Assembly: GCF_001194135.2 (NCBI RefSeq)
Contig: NC_069001.1
Span: forward strand, 4,671,410 to 4,707,110
From: Octopus bimaculoides
Taxonomy: Eukaryota
DNA length: 35,701 bases
Direction of reading: 5' to 3'
The number at the start of each line of letters is the position of its first letter. Position 1 is the first letter of the stretch. Positions 33,618 through 35,701 of the stretch are shown one piece after another. The notes beneath the pieces are model-generated. The model ran no database searches and was not told where the DNA came from. It was given only the letters and a program-made list of their open reading frames with translations. The translations under genes and the position numbers were made by a program.

Positions 33618-33911
33618 CATTTTATCTAGTTTCAGCTCATGTGCTGTGGCCATGCTGGAGCACTGCCTTTAGTCGAGCAAATCGACCCCAAGACTTATTC
33701 CTTGTAAGCCTAGTACTTATTCCATTAGTGTCTTTTGCTGAACCACTAAGTTACGGGGACGTAAACACACCAGCATTGGTTGTCAAGCGATGATGGTGGG
33801 ACAAACACAGACACGAATATATGCACATATATATACATATATCCAACAGGCTTCTTTCAGTTTCCAGCTATCAAATCCACTCACAAGGCTTTGTTCAGCA
33901 CAAGACTATAG
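33618..33911 (-). mobile_element. SINE family A, 3' two-thirds (head lost in the gap)
   Basis: ggccatgctggagcactgcc...aagcctagtactt...aggcttctttcagtttcc...cactcacaaggcttt. Confidence 0.85.
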
Positions 33912-34583
33912 NNNNNNNNNNNNNNNNNNNNNNNNNNNNNNNNNNNNNNNNNNNNNNNNNNNNNNNNNNNNNNNNNNNNNNNNNNNNNNNNNNNNNNNNN
34001 NNNNNNNNNNNNNNNNNNNNNNNNNNNNNNNNNNNNNNNNNNNNNNNNNNNNNNNNNNNNNNNNNNNNNNNNNNNNNNNNNNNNNNNNNNNNNNNNNNNN
34101 NNNNNNNNNNNNNNNNNNNNNNNNNNNNNNNNNNNNNNNNNNNNNNNNNNNNNNNNNNNNNNNNNNNNNNNNNNNNNNNNNNNNNNNNNNNNNNNNNNNN
34201 NNNNNNNNNNNNNNNNNNNNNNNNNNNNNNNNNNNNNNNNNNNNNNNNNNNNNNNNNNNNNNNNNNNNNNNNNNNNNNNNNNNNNNNNNNNNNNNNNNNN
34301 NNNNNNNNNNNNNNNNNNNNNNNNNNNNNNNNNNNNNNNNNNNNNNNNNNNNNNNNNNNNNNNNNNNNNNNNNNNNNNNNNNNNNNNNNNNNNNNNNNNN
34401 NNNNNNNNNNNNNNNNNNNNNNNNNNNNNNNNNNNNNNNNNNNNNNNNNNNNNNNNNNNNNNNNNNNNNNNNNNNNNAGTAGTAGTAGTAGTAGTAGTAG
34501 TATGGTGGTGGTGGTGATGAAAGCAACAGTGGTTGTTGCAGAGGTGGCTGTGTTGGTAAAGATGGTAGTGGTAGTAGCAATAC

Positions 34584-34620
<37 letters not shown>

Positions 34621-34815
34621 GGTGGTGGTAGGGTGGTGGCAATGGTTGTGTTGGCGAAGGTAGTAGTAGTGATGGTTGTGGTGGAGGTGGTGGTAGTAGT
34701 AGTAGCAGTAGTAGTAGTAGTAGTTTTGTTGAGTGTTGCAATTGTACTTGTAGGTGGTGGTAGAGACGATGGCGATGGTTGTAGTGGTGGTAGTAGTAGT
34801 AGTAGTAGAAGTTAC

Positions 34816-35100
34816 CTGAGAAGTCGTTCAACCCTAGGTCAATCTAGATGCAACCAACAACAACAACAGTAGCAGCAGCAGCCCTTATGATGAAAGACTT
34901 TTGTTTTTGTTTTCAAAAACTTTTGCCCCCTTATAAACATACGTGTATACTTATTACTATTAAGACTACATTATCCCAAGACGTCCCTGTGACTGACCCC
35001 TGTTAGGGTGATTAATGAATGTTAAGGGTCAGCAAAAAAACAGGGCAGAGAAACATAAAGGGGCAGATTGACGAGCTGCCAGTCCCTTAAAGCAATGTTG
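34816..35100 (-). other. Candidate non-coding first exon of the SLC16 gene (upper boundary unknown)
   Basis: CAG|GTAACT donor at 34816/34815, exactly where unique sequence gives way to a (CTA)n/(CCA)n tract, next to a CpG-rich patch. No transcript evidence. Confidence 0.3.
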
Positions 35101-35164
35101 ACAAACGTAAAAAATTGGGTTTTTTTTCTTTTTGTTGTTGTCGTACATCAAAAATATAGAAAGT

Positions 35165-35420
35165 AAAACGCCGCCGACTGTCGTCAACACACACACACAC
35201 ACTACAGAAACACTGGCACATACACACACACTCACACAACACACCTACGTGTGTATGCGCATATACACATACACGCACACACGCTATATAAACGTATACA
35301 TACATACACACACGTACGTCTGTTTGTACATACACAGGCTTTACAGACGCCGTCACAAACGCGGTCGCGCGTACTGACGTATACACACACAGCAACGCGC
35401 GCGCACGCACGCACGCACAC
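35165..35420. promoter_or_regulatory. CpG-rich patch, possible unmethylated promoter or 5' region
   Basis: Dense CpG (cgccgccgac, gcggtcgcgcgt, aacgcgcgcgcacgcacgcacg) in a window whose non-coding DNA is otherwise CpG-poor. Confidence 0.3.
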
Positions 35421-35522
35421 AAACCGTTATCAATTATTGAACTTCAAACCACATCTCAGCATCAGAAAGCTATTTATTATTCATGATGGAGGTATGATGT
35501 ACTCTAATACAATGTGTGCGTG

Positions 35523-35665
35523 TATATCTATCTATCTATCTATCTATCGATCGATCTATCTATCTATCTATCTATCTATCGATCGATCTATCTATCGATC
35601 GATCTATTTATCTATCTATCGATCTTTCTATCTATTTATCTATCTATCTATTTATCTATCTATCT
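35523..35665. repeat. (CTAT)n tetranucleotide repeat with CGAT variants
   Basis: Direct reading. Confidence 0.9.
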
Positions 35666-35701
35666 TTGCATATCTCTCTCTCTTTCTCTCTGACCCTTAA
35701 T

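Overview
Eukaryotic genomic DNA, AT-rich and saturated with microsatellites, from a gappy assembly in which most N-runs abut simple repeats. The SINE repertoire and repeat style point to an octopod cephalopod (inference, no database search). One protein-coding gene is supported: a minus-strand SLC16/monocarboxylate-transporter-family MFS protein of 664 aa in two coding exons (25503-23730 and 20712-20492, phase-1 GT-AG intron), with an upstream acceptor at 25660 and a possible distant non-coding first exon near a CpG-rich patch at ~34.8-35.4 kb. The rest is decayed mobile DNA: about 20 SINE copies or fragments of four families, mariner, Tc1 and Tigger/pogo remnants, MITEs, a truncated RTE LINE, Penelope-like remnants and three minisatellites. 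Nearly all other ORFs in the track are microsatellite, gap or antisense artefacts. Best leads: (1) the transporter has Gln (CAA) at the normally invariant TM8 Arg, one A-to-I edit from Arg, and lacks the other MCT1 proton-coupling residues; (2) three decayed minimal hammerhead-ribozyme motifs, two inside inverted-repeat Penelope-like remnants, whose palindromic stem III appears eroded by CpG-type mutations. All alignments and folds were done by eye.
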